Of a stretch of 64,000 nt of DNA, positions 1 through 14,589 are shown piece after piece. Every line of letters begins with the position of its first letter. Positions within the stretch are counted from its first letter, which is position 1. Made by a program: the position numbers and the translations under genes. This stretch comes from the human T2T-CHM13v2.0 reference genome, Homo sapiens. The stretch lies in the NCBI RefSeq assembly GCF_009914755.1, contig NC_060939.1. The stretch is one strand, 5' to 3'. The notes beneath the pieces were generated by a model, which saw only the letters and a list, made by a program, of their open reading frames with translations, did no database searches and was not told the DNA's origin.

Positions 1-3000
1 TCTTCACTCTGTTTTCTATAGTGGCTGTACTAGTTCCTACCAGCAGTGTAAAAGTGTTCCCTGATCACCACATCCCCACCAACATATACTGTTTTTTGGT
101 CTTTAGATTATGGCCATTCTTGCAGGAGTAAGGTGGTATCACATTGGGTTTCGATTTGCATTTCCCTGATCATTAGTGATGTTAAGTATTTTTTCTATGT
201 TTGCAAGCCATTTGTATATCTTCTTTTGAGAATTATCTATTCATGTCCTTAGCCCACTTTTTGATGAGATTTTTTTTTTCTTACTGATTTGTTTGAGTTT
301 GTTGTAGATTCTGGATATTAGTCCTTCGTTAGATGTATAGATTGTGAAGAATTTCTCCCACTCTGTGGGTCGTCTATTTACTCTGCTGACTGTTCCTTTT
401 GCTGTGCAAAAGCTATTTAGTTTAATTAAGTCCCAGCTATTTATCTTTGTTTTTATTGCATTTGCCTTTGGGTTCTTGGTCATAAAATCCTTGCCTAAGC
501 CAATGTCTAGACGGGCTTTTCCAATGTTGTCTTCTAGAATTTTTATAGTTTCAGGTCTTAGATTTAAGTCCTTAATCCATCTGGAGTCGATTTTTGTATA
601 TGGTGAGAAGTGAGGATCCAGTTTCATTCTCCTACATGTGGCTAGCCAATTATTCCAGCACCATTTGTTGAAAAGGGTGTCCTTTCCCCACTTTAAGTTT
701 TTGTTTGCTTTGTCGAAGATCAGTTGTCTGTAAGTATTTGGGTTTATTTCCGGGTTCTCTATTCTGTTCCATTGGCCTATGTGCCTGTTTTTATACCAGT
801 ACCATGTTATTTTTGGTGATTATGGGCTTATAGTATAGTTTGAAATCAGGTAGTGTGATGCCTCCAGACTTTTTCTTTTTGCTAAGTCTTGTGTTGGCTA
901 TGTGGGCTCTTGTTTGGTTCCATATGAATTTTAGAATTGTGTTCTCTAATTCTGTGAAGAATGATGGTGGTATTTTAATGGGGATTGTGTTGAATTTGTA
1001 TATTGTTTTTGGCAGTATGGTCGTTTTCACAATATTGATTCCACCCATCCATGAGCATGGGATGTGTTTCCATTTTTTGATGTCATCTGTGGTGTCTTTC
1101 AGCAGTGTTTAGTTTTTCTTGTAGAGGTCTTTTGCCTCCTTAGTTGGGTATATTCCTAAGTTTTGTTTTGTTTTTGCAACTGTCATAAAAGGGGTTGAGT
1201 TCTTGATTCGATTCTCCACTTGGTTGCTGTTGGTGTATAGAAGAGCTACTGATCTGTGTACATTAATCTTGTATCCAGAACCTTTGTTGAATTCCTTTAT
1301 CCATTCTAGGAACTTTCTGGAGGAGTCTTTAGGGTTTTCTAGGTAAACAATCATATAATCAGCAAACAGTGACAGTTTGACTTCCTCTTTACTGATTTGG
1401 GTGCCCTTTATTTCTTTCTCTTGTCTGATTGCTCTGGCTAGGACTTCCAGTACTACGTTAGGGAAGAATGGTGAGAGTGGGCTTCCCTATCTTGTTCCAG
1501 TTCTCAGAGGGAATGCTTTCAACTTTTCCCTATTCAGTATTATGTTGGCTGTGGATTTGTCATGGACGGCTTTTATTACATTGAGCTCTGTCACTTGTAT
1601 GCTGATTTTGCTGAGAGTTATAATCATGAAGCAATGATGGATTTTGTCAAATGCTTTTTTCTCCATCTGTTGAGATGATCATGTGATTTTTGTTTTTAAT
1701 TCTGTTTATCTGGCGTATCACATTTATTGACTTGCGTATGTTAAACCATCCCTGCATCCCCAGTATGAAACCCACTTGATCATGGTGGATTATCTTTTTG
1801 ATATGTTGTTGGATTCGTTAGCTAGTATTTTGTTAAGGATTTTAGCATCTATGTTCATCAGGGATATCAGTCTGTAGCTACCTTTTTTGGTTAAGTCCTT
1901 TCCTGGTTTGGCATTAGGGTGATACGGCTCCATAGAATGAATTAGGGAGGGTTCCCTGTTTCTCTGTGTTGTGGAAGAGTGTCAAAAGGATTGGTACCAA
2001 TTCTTCTTTGAATGTCTGGTAGAATTCTGCGGTGAATCCATGTGGTTTTGGACTTTTTTTTTAATTTTTAAGTTACCATTTCAATCTCACTGCTTGTTAT
2101 TGGTCTGTTCAGGGTATCTATTTCTTCCTAATTTAAATTAGGAGGGTTGTATTTTTCCAGGAATTTATCCATCTCTTCTAGGTTTTCTAGTTTATGTACA
2201 TAAAGGTGTTCATAGTAGCCTTGAACCATCTTTTATATTTCTGTGGTGTCAGTTCTAATGTCTCCCATTTCATTTATTATTGAGGTTATTTGGATTTTCT
2301 CTCCTCTTTTCTTGGTTAATCTTGCTAATGGTCTATCAATTCTATTCATCTTTTCAAAGAACCAGCTTTTTGTTTCATTTATCTTTTGTATTTTTTTTTT
2401 CATTTCAATTTCATTTAGTTCTGCTCTGATCCTGGTTATTTCCTTTCTTCTGCTGGGTTTGAGTTTGGTTTGTTCTTGTTTCTCTAGTTTCTTCAGGTGT
2501 GGATGTCAGTTAGAATGTCAGTTTGTGCTCTTTCAGTCTTTTTGATGTAGGTGTTTAGGGCCACAGACTTTCTTCTTAGCCACACCTTTGATAGGTTTTG
2601 TCATTATTGTTGTTCAGTTTGAAGAATTTTTCAATTTCCATCTTGATTTTGTTTTTGACCCAGTGATCACTCAGGAGCAGGTTATCTGATTTATGTGTAT
2701 TTTCATAATTTTGAAGGTTCCTTTTGGAGTTGATTTCCAGTTTTATTCCACTGTGGTCTGAGAGCATGCTTGATATAATTTCAATTTTCTTAAATTTATT
2801 GAGGCTCGTTTTGTGGCCTATCATGTGGTCTATCTTGGAGAAAGTTCCATGCGCTATTGAATAGAATGTGTATTCTGTGATTGTTGGATGAAATGTTCTG
2901 CATATATTTGTCAAGCCCATTTGTTCAAGGGTATAATTTAAATCCATTGTTTCTTTGTTGACTTTCTGTCTCGATGACCTGTCTTGATGACATCTAGTGC

Positions 3001-3911
3001 TGTCAGTGGAGTATTGAAGCCCCCCACTATTATTGTGTTGCTGCCTATCTCATTTCTTAGGTCTATTAGTAATTGTTTTATAAATTTCGGAGCGCCAGTG
3101 TTTGGTGCATATATGTTTAGAATTGTGATATTTTCCTGTTGGACAAGGCTTTTTACCATTATATAATGTCCCTTGTTGTCCTTTTTAACTGCTGTTGCTT
3201 TAAGGTTTGTTTTGTCTGTTGTAAGAATTGCTACCCCTGCTTACTTTTGGTGTCCATTTGCATGAAATGCCTTTTTCCACCCTTTCAGTTTAAGTTTATG
3301 TTTGTCCTTATGTGTTAGGTGTGTCTCTTGAAGGCAGAAGATAGTTTGTTGGTGAGTTCTTATCCATTCCGCAGTTCTGTATATTTTAAGTGGAGCATTT
3401 AGGCAATTTACATGCAATGTTAGTATTGAGATGTGAGGTACCATTCCACTCATCATGCTATTTGTTCCCTGTGTACCTTGTTTTTTTTGTTTTGTTTTTG
3501 CTTTTTAAATTGTATTTTTGTTTTATAGGTCCTGTGAGATTTATGCTTTAAAGAGGTTCTGTTTTGATGTGTTTCCAGGATTTGTTTCAAGACCTAGAGC
3601 TCCTTTTGGCAGTTCTTGTAGTGGTAGCCTGGGAGTGGCGAATTCTCTCAGCATTTGTTCATCTGAAAAAGACTGTATCTTTCCTTCATATATGATGCTT
3701 AGTTTTGTTGGATACAAAATTCTTGGCAGATAATTTTTTTGTTTCAAGAGGCTGAGGATAGGGCCCCAAATCCTTCTAGCTTGTAGGGTTTCTGCTGAGA
3801 AATCTGCTGTTATAGGTTTTCCCTTGTAGGTTACCTGGTGCTTTTGTCTCACAGCTCTTAAGATCCTTTCCTTCATCTTAATTTTAGATAACCTGATGAT
3901 GATGTGCCCAG
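1..3911 (-). mobile_element. Decayed LINE-1 (L1PB-like): C-terminal ORF1 and most of ORF2; 5'-truncated, continues left of the window
   Basis: Minus-strand ORF fragments read as L1 proteins: ORF1 'KERILRAVRQKHQVTYKGKP' (3541-3876), endonuclease 'NIYAPNTGAPKFIKQ' and 'SDHSGIKLEINS', RT '[11 protein letters not shown]', and C-terminal '[12 protein letters not shown]'. Many stops and frameshifts. Confidence 0.95.
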
Positions 3912-4980
3912 GCTTCTACTTTTTGAATACAGTAGGCTAGTGTTAATTCCAAAATTTCAAATAATTGTGCAACTCTTTCTACTGTTTATTATTTTAGCTG
4001 ATTTTTTGTTCATGTGGTCTTGTCTGATAATGTGCTTAGTTAATTTTTGTTCTGGACTTCATATTTGAAAAATTATTTGGAGAAGTAATATGAGGCCTTC
4101 AGGTAACATTTTCTTTTCTTCTAAAAGGTACATGACACTACACATTCAGTACCACCCTTATCTGGCTGCAAAGCTTGAGCCTTCCAGTGACACAAAGCTA
4201 AAGGCTGTACAAGAGTTGGTTCACTTCTGATTCATCCTTCTCTGAGGTTGCAGACCTTTGGCATCCCAACTTAAATTGGAATCTTTATCCTTCTGGCTTC
4301 AGGGATCCCCAGAAGTGAAACTCAGTTTTGAAGCAATTTTCTCCCTTCTCCCTTATCACTAGCAAAAGAGCTAGACTTAGCTCTCTGGCTTTTCATTTTC
4401 ACCCAAGGTTTTAGTTCAGTTATTTTCCATTTCTTCTTTATTCTTTGATCCTTTAAAGAGAAGCTATTTGGATTTTGAACAACTTTTTGGGAAGTTTTAT
4501 CCAAAATTTTTGGAGGGTAAGGTCAAAAACATCTAGTCTGCAATTATTGGAACTGGAAGCTATTAGTATTTCTAGGCCTAGATTCCAGGAAATAAAACAG
4601 CATAACTGGTGATAGGCTTGCAGGAACTAGAGCCGAGTTTTGTTAATAAGACAATAAAAACTGAGTAGCTACTATCTGTAAGTACCTCTGCTAAATGCCA
4701 GGAGAGGATACAGAAATGAATCAACCAGATTACCTCTCCTCAAGGCACTCGGGACTTGGTTTGAAAGACATTGTAGACACATGAGCACTATGCTGCCTAT
4801 AAAAGCAAGATGTTATAAAAGATATATGTGAACAGAGTTCTGTGGAAGCTCACTTCTGCCTGGTGACACTTGGGAAAACTTCAAGTGGAAGTGTTCTTTA
4901 AACCAGATTTTTGAAGGGTAGTTATGATAGGTATATTATAGATTGGAGAAACAGAAAAGGCAATAGTCAGCAAATGATAA

Positions 4981-5329
<349 letters not shown>

Positions 5330-6504
5330 CATTTAGACATTTCATATTCTCCTTTCTACCTCTAATTTTTAAGTCATGGATGTAGGCCTCATTCTGAGGG
5401 AGAATTCACACCAAAATGTATATGACTGTGCTGTTAAAATGCTGAGAGCTGAAGAGGGTCTGCATAGTTGGGGAGTAGGGGGGTGGGTGGACTAGTGCAC
5501 ATTTAGGACCAAATGGCGTTTACATAATAAATTAATGAAGGTGTCCCAAGTCTCTAAAAAGCTCATTCGAAAAGGCATACTTTAAAAGGGTTTATTTTCC
5601 CCATAGACTGTCAGAAAATCAGCCTTGCCGATCTTTATAGAATGTTAACTTTGCAGAACGCCCACCATTCCCATGTGTTTACTGCGACAAGTTTCTTTTG
5701 GCTCTGGTTGTGTCTCTGGCTAGGAAGGCTGAGAGACTGACTCATCCTTCTGTTGGCAACCCAAGGTTTCCTAAAAAATACACATGGGGAGGGAAGTTTG
5801 CAAACAGATTTTGCATTTTGAAGTCTAATTGTTACTGGAGCAGCAGTTCTTAGATCCATAGGCTGGCATTCCAGTCTGAGTTTTCATTCTTGCTGTGAAA
5901 TGCCCATGAAATGGGTTTTCCCCACTATTTATAGGTCCCATAGATTCAGCCTTCTCTGGGCTCAAAGAAGCAGCTACAAATGGAGAAGAGGTTCTTGCAT
6001 TCTTTCTCCTGCTACGTTTATTTTTGAGAGACTATTTCAAACACACAACTAAGAATAGAGAATAATATCATACCTATGTTCTGACTACTCCAGTTTTATC
6101 CAGTTTTAACACAGTATCCTATTTTATTGAACTTTGTTTAAAGAAATTAAATATTCCAGAGAAATTGAGACCCCCTGTGTAATAGTACCTAACACTAGTA
6201 CCCTCTCTTCTTCCCCAAAGGTAAGTACTGTCATGAATTAGAGCATCATTTCCATGCATGTTGTTTTATACTTTTGATACATGTTATTTATGTATCCATA
6301 AATATTATAAAGCACTGTGTTATAGGCTATCAAGCTATGTAAGTGGAAAAATGTTACTGATATAGTTGGACTTATTTCTCTCTATCTTTTCATTCTTTTC
6401 TACTCTCTTTTCTTCTTCTCTGCCTTCTGTTGGCCTGATAATATTTCCTGTTTTCGTTTTTTTACTCAACTCTCCTGATTTGGAAACTGTAGATGATGTC
6501 CCTG

Positions 6505-6813
6505 GTTTTTTTGTTTTGTTTGTTTGTTTGAGATGGAGTTCCACTCTAGTTGCCAAGGCTGGAGTGCAGTGGCACGATCTCGGCCCACTGAAACCTCCGC
6601 CTCCTGGATTCAAGCAATTCTAGTGCCTCAGCCTCCCGAGTAGCTGGGATTACAGGTGCTCACCACCACGCCTGGCTAATTTTTTGTATTTTTAGTAGAG
6701 ACAGGGTTTCATCATATTGGCCAGGCTGGTCTCAAACTCCTGACCTCAGGTGATCCACCCGCATGGGCCTCCCAAAGTGTTGGGATTACACGCTTGAGCC
6801 ACCGCGCCTGGCC
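6505..6813 (-). mobile_element. Alu (AluS)
   Basis: Full reverse Alu with (TTTG)n tail; degenerate TSD atgtccctggtttt / atgtttctggtttt. Confidence 0.93.
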
Positions 6814-7554
6814 AATGTTTCTGGTTTTTAAGTGGCCATACTTAATTTAAAAATATTTAACTACACTTTAAAAAAAAAGACATTTTTATTCTTCCCCCAA
6901 CCATGGATAAGGACTTTAGGCATTGAGATACTTATGCTATTTTTTGTTATTATTATTTAGAATTTTAGTTTGCCCTTTAACACGAAAATATCAGATTTTA
7001 AAGGGAGATGTTTAATTAAATTTACCAACATATTTTATGAATTCCTGTGTGTTTCATTATTGTTTCGTCTATTTCATATCTCACACTTATGTTTAAATAC
7101 ACCCTTTTATAGGCCTTTTAATGAAAGTCTGTGTGTAATAGACTCAGGGTTTGAACATTTTAAACGTTCTTATTTTGTTCTTTCTCCTAATTGATACTAT
7201 GGCAAATAATAACATTTTGGATGGATACTTTGACTATATCACTCAGTTTTCATTTGGATCAGTTGTTGCTGATAAGTCATGGTCAGTCTAAATGACAATC
7301 TGGGAAATATTTTTTCTAGTGTTCCTTTGATAATGCTTCAATTCAGGCAACTCCTGAAGGAGACAAAAGTAAATTGTCTCTCCATCTTCTGACTTCCATG
7401 TTTAACATCTTTTTTATTGCTTCATCTCATTTTTCTTTGCCTCTGAATTCCAGAACAAATGCTAAAGTTTGCCCTCCGTAACAATTATCTTCTTTCTGGT
7501 TCCATCAGTTCTACTCTTTAACTCCTTCTAGTGAGGTGGTAACTTTTATTTTTA

Positions 7555-8435
7555 TGTTATAACTGTCTAACAAATCGTGCCAACATTTGGTGGTATAAAG
7601 CAATGACCATTTAATTATGCTTGCAGATTCTGTGAGTCAGGAATTTATAAAGGGCACACGGAGAGTAACTTGTCATGACTCCACTATGTCTGGGGCCTCA
7701 TCTTGAATGGCTAAGCCTGGTTTAAATGGCTGGGGGCTAGAATCTTCATTCACCTGTCCAGTACCTGGCAAGGATGGCTCAGTGGCCATCCTAAGTAGAA
7801 ACATCAATCAGAACACCTATTTGTAGCCTGTCCATGTGGCTTGAGTTTCCTCAACGCATGGTAATCTCAGGGTAGTTGGACTTTTTCCATCTTCCCTCTG
7901 GGCTCCAGTGTAAGTGTTCCTAATGCAAGGTGGACGCTGCACGGCGATTTATGATCTAGCTTTGGAAGTCACATAGCACCTCTTCCATCATACTCTGTTG
8001 GTCAAAACGTGCACTGCACAGAATGATTGGCACTGGTCACATGTGGCTGTGGTCACTGGAAATGTAGTTAGCCTGAAGTGAGACTTCAGGCAACTGAAGT
8101 AAATGCAAGACACATTCTGAGTTTCAAGGACTTAATATTCAAGAAAGAATGTAAAATATTTTATTCTTAACTTTTAAATTTATTACATGTTGAAATAATA
8201 TTTTGGATATGTTCGGTTAAATAAAATATATTAACATTAATTTCACCTGTTTCTTTTTACTCTTTCTATGCAGCCACTAGAAAATTTAAAATGACACACG
8301 TGGCTTGCATTATGTTTGTGTTGGACAGTGCCGGCCAAAGCACCCGTTCAGATGTAAGAGGCAGGAATGCAGACTGCACTTCTTGAAAGCAGGAGTGTCA
8401 AAGAATTTGTGGTCAGGTTTTAAAACCATGACACT
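7555..8435 (-). mobile_element. Old MaLR LTR (MLT1-type) interrupted by a MER33/MER3-like DNA transposon
   Basis: MLT1-like motifs ('gattctgtgagtcaggaattt', 'ggaagtcacatagcacctcttccatcatactctgttggtc') resume after ~8335. Confidence 0.65.
8010..8335. mobile_element. MER33/MER3-like hAT-Charlie MITE
   Basis: 'cacatgtggct...gaaatgt' and 'aaatttaaaatgacacacgtggcttgcattat...ttggacagtgc' termini. Confidence 0.7.
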
Positions 8436-9159
8436 GTTTCTCATTTGCTGCTTAGCACCTCTCAACTCACTCATTTCTTTTTTACATTCATCTTCCTATT
8501 TCCTTTTCTTGTCTGTTTGCTTCATCCTTTTATCTTTTCATCTAAATCTGCTCTCTCCCTAGAACTTCGTTCCTGGTTCACAGAGGCTATCTCTTCAGTA
8601 ATTTTTTGAGAAGGAAGAAAGAGTTTTCTTCTGAGAACCATGCCTTTCAGAAAGTATTGTGTACATAGCAGTCTGCTCACCTTTCTTTCATCTGCTTAGT
8701 TGTTTTGAGTTTTGCGCTCTCTGCCTGGACATGGAAAGACGACAAACAGATCTGAAGAGCCTCTTTCCCTCCTCATGGAGCAGCAGCACAGAATAAAGAA
8801 CTGGCTACCATTTTCTGGTCAGCCCTAGGACTCAAGGCTGGAACAGATGAAAACAGACAGATTCAAAGTGCAAGCCAATCTTTGATGATTGTTGTCTGTT
8901 TCATGAAGGGTAGGTAAACAAGGTACACCAGGAGTTGACTCTGGATACATTTTTCCCTATTTAGTTAATCTGCTTTGCAATTTGCTTCAGCTTCTCTTCT
9001 CCCAGACTCTTGCATCAGATTATTACATTACTACAGTCAATATACATATGCATTTTTGCATTTGCCTGTATTTGAATAAGACGTCAGGAGAGGCAGCATT
9101 AAGAGTTCTATCCAGATGACATTTTGTACCAGAATTCAGGGTATAGTTTTTAATAGAGC

Positions 9160-9632
9160 CAATTTTTTAGAGCAGTTTTAGGTTCATGGCAAAATTGAAT
9201 GAAAAATACAGTTTCCATATGCTCCCTCCCCACTAGCCCCATACCCAACCTCTCTGACTATCAACATCCTGCACCAGAGTGGTATATTTGTTATAACTGA
9301 TGAATGTACATTAATACATCATTATCACCTAAAGTCCATAGTTTACGTTAGAGTTCACTCTTGGTGTTGTACATCCTTTGGTTTTGGACAAATGCATAAT
9401 GACATGTATCCGTCATTATAGTATCATACAGAGTAGTTTCACTGCCCTAAAAACCTCTGCGCTCCACCTATTCATCCCTCCTCCTCCATCCAACCCCTGG
9501 CAACCACTGATTTCTTTACTGTCTCCATTGCTTTCTTTTTCCAGAATGCCATGTAGTTGGAATTACACAGTACGTAGCCTTTTCAGCTTGGCTTTTTCAC
9601 TTAGTAATATGCATTCAAGATTCCTTCATGTC
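9160..9632 (-). mobile_element. L1M (L1MB-type) 3' end fragment
   Basis: 'ttttttagagcagttttaggttca...aaagtccatagtttacgttagagttcactcttggtgttgtaca' is typical of the reversed L1MB 3'UTR. Confidence 0.8.
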
Positions 9633-9635
9633 ATT

Positions 9636-9758
9636 TATTTTATTGTATTTATTTTAGAGACAGGATCTTGCTTTGTTGCCCAGGCAGTGGCATAATCATA
9701 GCTCACTGTAGCCTTGAACTCCTGGACTCAAGTGATCTGCCTGCCCCAGCCTCCCTTG
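9636..9758 (-). mobile_element. Alu monomer (FLAM/AluJ fragment)
   Basis: 'gagacaggatcttgctttgttgcccagg...gctcactgtagccttgaactcctggactcaagtgatc'. Confidence 0.75.
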
Positions 9759-10657
<899 letters not shown>

Positions 10658-11329
10658 CAACTGTCTTGGTGTGCCCAGGACTGAAGGGTTTCCCAAACTG
10701 CAACTTCTAGTGCTAAAGCTGGGGACATCCTGGGACGAGTTGATCATTGTTTGTGTGAGTCCAAAAACGCAAAAAAGAGGAAAGAAAGGAGAAACTGAGG
10801 CATGGAGACACATAATGTGTCCAGGAGAATTGGGAGTTTTGGGTCTGGAGAAGTAGGATGGTGTGTAGCAACAGATGTGAGCTAGAATGGTGGTCAGGAG
10901 CCATGTGTGGAAGCAACTTGAATTCCATGCCAGGAAATGTGTCCTTTATCCGGCCTGTAATGAAAGGTTTTAAGCAAGGGAGAGACACAATCAGATTTGC
11001 ATTTTAGAAAGGTTTCTGACCTGCCTTCCCATACTGGGCAGAACATTCCTCTGATTCATTACTCAAATGCCAACCTAAATGGGCTCTGGAAAGGCTAAAT
11101 AAAAATTGCATCTGTGAGAATTGTCAAGTGTAATCCTGCTCTTATCTGCAGTGACAGCTGAAATCAGGGGGCGTGGATCTAAGCCAGCTAGACTGGTACA
11201 TGCTTCAGTCTCCACGGAGGCAGGGCCTCTTCCTCTCCGTGAGGTCCACTGACAGCCAATGACCCTCTCTACTTTGCAAGTAGGGTAATTTACAAGGTAT
11301 CCCAGGTCAGGAAATTGCTGTCCACAACC

Positions 11330-11850
11330 CCTGTCCTCAACATCAATGGCTTTCTATTGTACCGGGGATAAAGTCTAAACACTGCATAGCTTCTGCCTTT
11401 CTCTCCAGCCTTTCTCACTGAGGTCTAGCTAAAAGACCCGTCGAACTTGTCATGCTCCTCCCAACCTCAGGGCCTTTGCATCTGCTCTTTCCTTTGCCTG
11501 CACCATTCTGCTGTCACTCCTCACAGCACTGGTCCCTCCTAATGTTTTAGTTCTCAGCTTCAATGTCACTTCCACAAACAAGCCCTCCCTTATCCCTTAT
11601 CCAAATCAGTCACTTCTGTTATTCTTTGTCATAGCACCTGTTTATTTTCTTCCTGGCTTCTTCGGTGATCTGTAATCACTTAATCTACTAATGTATTTAA
11701 TTATCTCTTGTCCATCTCCCTTACTAAAATATAGGCACCATAGAGGCAGGGATATCAGCTGTCTTGTTCACCTTCACTTCCCCAATGCCTCGAACATTGA
11801 CGGCTTAGCACACAATAGACATTTTGGTAAACATTTGCTGATTAAATGAA
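11330..11850 (+). mobile_element. L2 3' fragment
   Basis: 'cctcagggcctttgcatctgct' through 'aaacatttgctgattaaatgaa', the L2 3' end. Confidence 0.65.
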
Positions 11851-12759
11851 CAATGCGAAAATGATACCTAGGGTCTAGAGTTGATTAGAGCCTTCTCGTT
11901 ATCATTACTGTTAGAATGTTCACTATTACACCTACCTAAGAGACAGGAAAGTAGGAGAGTAAGTGATAATTACAATGCCATCATTTTAGTACAATTTTGT
12001 GTATATAACAATTATCTCATTTAATGAGAAATGAACAAGAGACCCATGTTATTTTCCTAACTTTGTCATCATTGTAAGTACTGGTATTTTCTTCTGAAAA
12101 ATGAGGGGGTTGGATCACTTAATGTCAAAGGACCTTTCCACGTCTGATCTTCCACAACAACGTAACAAACTGTCAGAATGAATAATAATTCTCCTGTGGT
12201 GACAGCTATTATCATGAGAATGCGGCATACATTGCCTTCACTCTTTAAGCTGGCCTGCTAAGGTAGGCATTACAGCACCCTATTTTCTAGACCAGGAACT
12301 GGGTCTCAGAGAAACTAAGTACCATCCTAGGACCAAACATCCTGAAGATAACAAAAATAGGACTTAAACTCAGGTCTGTACTATTCCCAGACCCCATATA
12401 TTTTACCATACCATGGGGAGTGACTACTATGCGCCTTAGGATTTTTATTTCCTTTCTTCAATAATAGATTTTCAGTGCCTAGAATATTTCCTGACACAGA
12501 ATAGGCACTCAATAAATACTAGTTGAAGGACTGCATGTATGATTGAATGAATGAAATCAAAGACTTAAGTGCTAGTATTAATGTGTCATTTCTTAATGGC
12601 ATAATGCCCAGGACGTACTCTGGCATGTAGCAGCTGCTTGACAAATATTTAATAATTTGTATTCTTATTTAGAAAAGAAGGAAAGATAAGTATTTTCTTT
12701 ACAGGAGTGTGAGATAGATGACAGAGGGTGCACAGGAGGACCAGAAAGATTTCCTAGAC

Positions 12760-12969
12760 CAGTGATTCTCAACCAGGAGTGGCTTTGCCCCCAGGGGACA
12801 TTTGGCAATGTCTGGAGACATTCTTGGTTGCCACATTGGAGTTGCTACTAGCATCTGGTGGGTAGAGGGCAGGGATGTTGCTAAACATCCTGCAATGAAC
12901 AGCACAGCTCCCCCAACTATGAATTATCTGTTCCCAAATGTCAATAGTGCCAAGATTGAGAAAACCTGT
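12760..12969 (+). mobile_element. MER20 (hAT-Charlie)
   Basis: 'cagtgattctcaacc...ccccaggggacatttggcaatgtctggagaca...gccaagattgagaaaacctg'. Confidence 0.9.
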
Positions 12970-13330
12970 CCTCACCTGGTGAGGAAAAACGAAGAACAGT
13001 GACATGGGGTAGTGCGAAAGAGTTACTTCACCTTTCTGCCTCTGAGTGCCAGTAACTGCAAAAAGGACAAATGGAAAAGAGAAACGAGGGTGGAAGAATC
13101 AGAAAAGAAGATTTTCCTGTCAAATCACTTTTGCAATGGGGTATGTTGGGTGGGGATGTTTAATACCATTTTCAAATAGATGTGGTTAGCGATTGAAATC
13201 CCATCAATAGGTTTTTAGGCAGTTAGAAAGTCACTTTGGAGGAGGCATTCTTCATGAAGAGTATCCTCAGTGGCCTCTCTTGGTTGGCAAAGGAGCAGTG
13301 ATGGAGGCGAGGGCAGGGAAAGGAGGTCAT

Positions 13331-14190
13331 TGTCTTGGCCTGAGTCCCTCAGAAAGAAAAACCTGTGACAAAGGCTTTTGGGAAGATGGTTTATTTTGAG
13401 ACCTCAGGGATCAGGAGGAAGGGAAAGGGAGCGTGCAGGGTGAAGAAGGAAAAGCTGATCAAGAATACATTCTGGAGGTGGTCGCTGCTGAGGATGGCTA
13501 AGGCTCAATTCTAATGAGACCTCAGGAGCAGAAGAGAATGTGCCCCATAGATGTCCACCCATATACCAAAGAGTGGAGCATTTATCTGCAGCCTCCTGTG
13601 CCCCATGGGTCCAGTTATCTTATGGTCATTAACTTTGTCCAGTGGCCAGGTTATACACGTGTGAGTGAATGCTGGGTGGGTTCCCACATGTGGCTCATGC
13701 TGAGGCTTTAGAGAAGCCCAGAAGCAAAAAGTGAGAGATTCATAATAGAGCCAAGGCTTGGCACTGCCAAGTTATACCTGCACAAAGCTGATTGTCCTAG
13801 CACTTGGTAGGGTAAAAGGTGGGCCAAGGAGGATGGGCACAGGGGCTCACACCTGTAACCCCAGCATTTTGGGAGGCTGAGGCGGGTGGATCACGAGGTC
13901 AGGGGTTCAAGACCAAACTGGCCAAGATGGTGAAACCCCGTCTTTACTAAAACTACAAAAAAAGAAAAAATTAGCTGGGCATGGTGGCAGGTGCCCATTA
14001 TCCCAGCTACTTGGGAGGCTGAGGCAGGGAATTGCTTGAACCCAGGAGGTGGAAGTTGCAGTGAGCCGAGATCGTGCCACTGCACTCCAGCCTGGGCAAC
14101 AGGGCAAGTCTCTGTCTCAAATAAAAATAAAAATAAAAAAATAAAAAGGGGGGCCAAGGAATAGGAGGTAAAGCATAAGAGATGTCTGAC
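13331..14190 (-). mobile_element. ERVL LTR (LTR16/LTR33-like), probable 3' LTR of the adjacent provirus; split by an Alu
   Basis: Begins 'tgtcttggcctgagtccctcagaaag...gacaaagg...tttatttt' and lies next to ERVL internal sequence. Confidence 0.6.
13836..14147 (+). mobile_element. Alu (AluS)
   Basis: Full Alu; TSD aaaaggtgggccaagga / aaaaggggggccaagga. Confidence 0.93.
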
Positions 14191-14269
14191 ACTCAGATGA
14201 CTGAGCCCAGTCCTCACACTGCTTGGGCCAGAGAGCCTTGTGAAGGAGTCTCATCAAGACTTGTTACAG

Positions 14270-14552
14270 GGCCAGGTGCAGTGGCTCATGCCTGTAATCC
14301 TAGCACTTTGGGAGGCTGAGGCGTGTGGATAACTTGAGGCTAGGAGTTGGAGACCAGCGCGGCCAACACAGAGAAACCCTGTCTCTATTCAAAAGAAAAA
14401 AAAAGTCAGCCAGGTGTGGTGGTGCATGCCTGTAATCCCAGCTACTTGGGAAGGCTGAGGCACAAGAATCATTTGAGCCCAGGAAACAGAGATTGCAGTG
14501 AGCTGAGATCACATCACTGCGCTCCAGCCTGGGTGACAGCGGGACTCTGTCT

Positions 14553-14584
<32 letters not shown>
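14270..14584 (+). mobile_element. Alu (AluJ/old S) with long pure poly(A)
   Basis: Full Alu with a ~30-nt A tail; 'aagacttg' on both flanks. Confidence 0.92.
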
Positions 14585-14587
<3 letters not shown>

Positions 14588-14589
14588 CT

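Noticed and set aside
241-3876. L1 ORF fragments as functional CDS
   Set aside because: Fragmented by stops and frameshifts, and the element lacks its 5' end.
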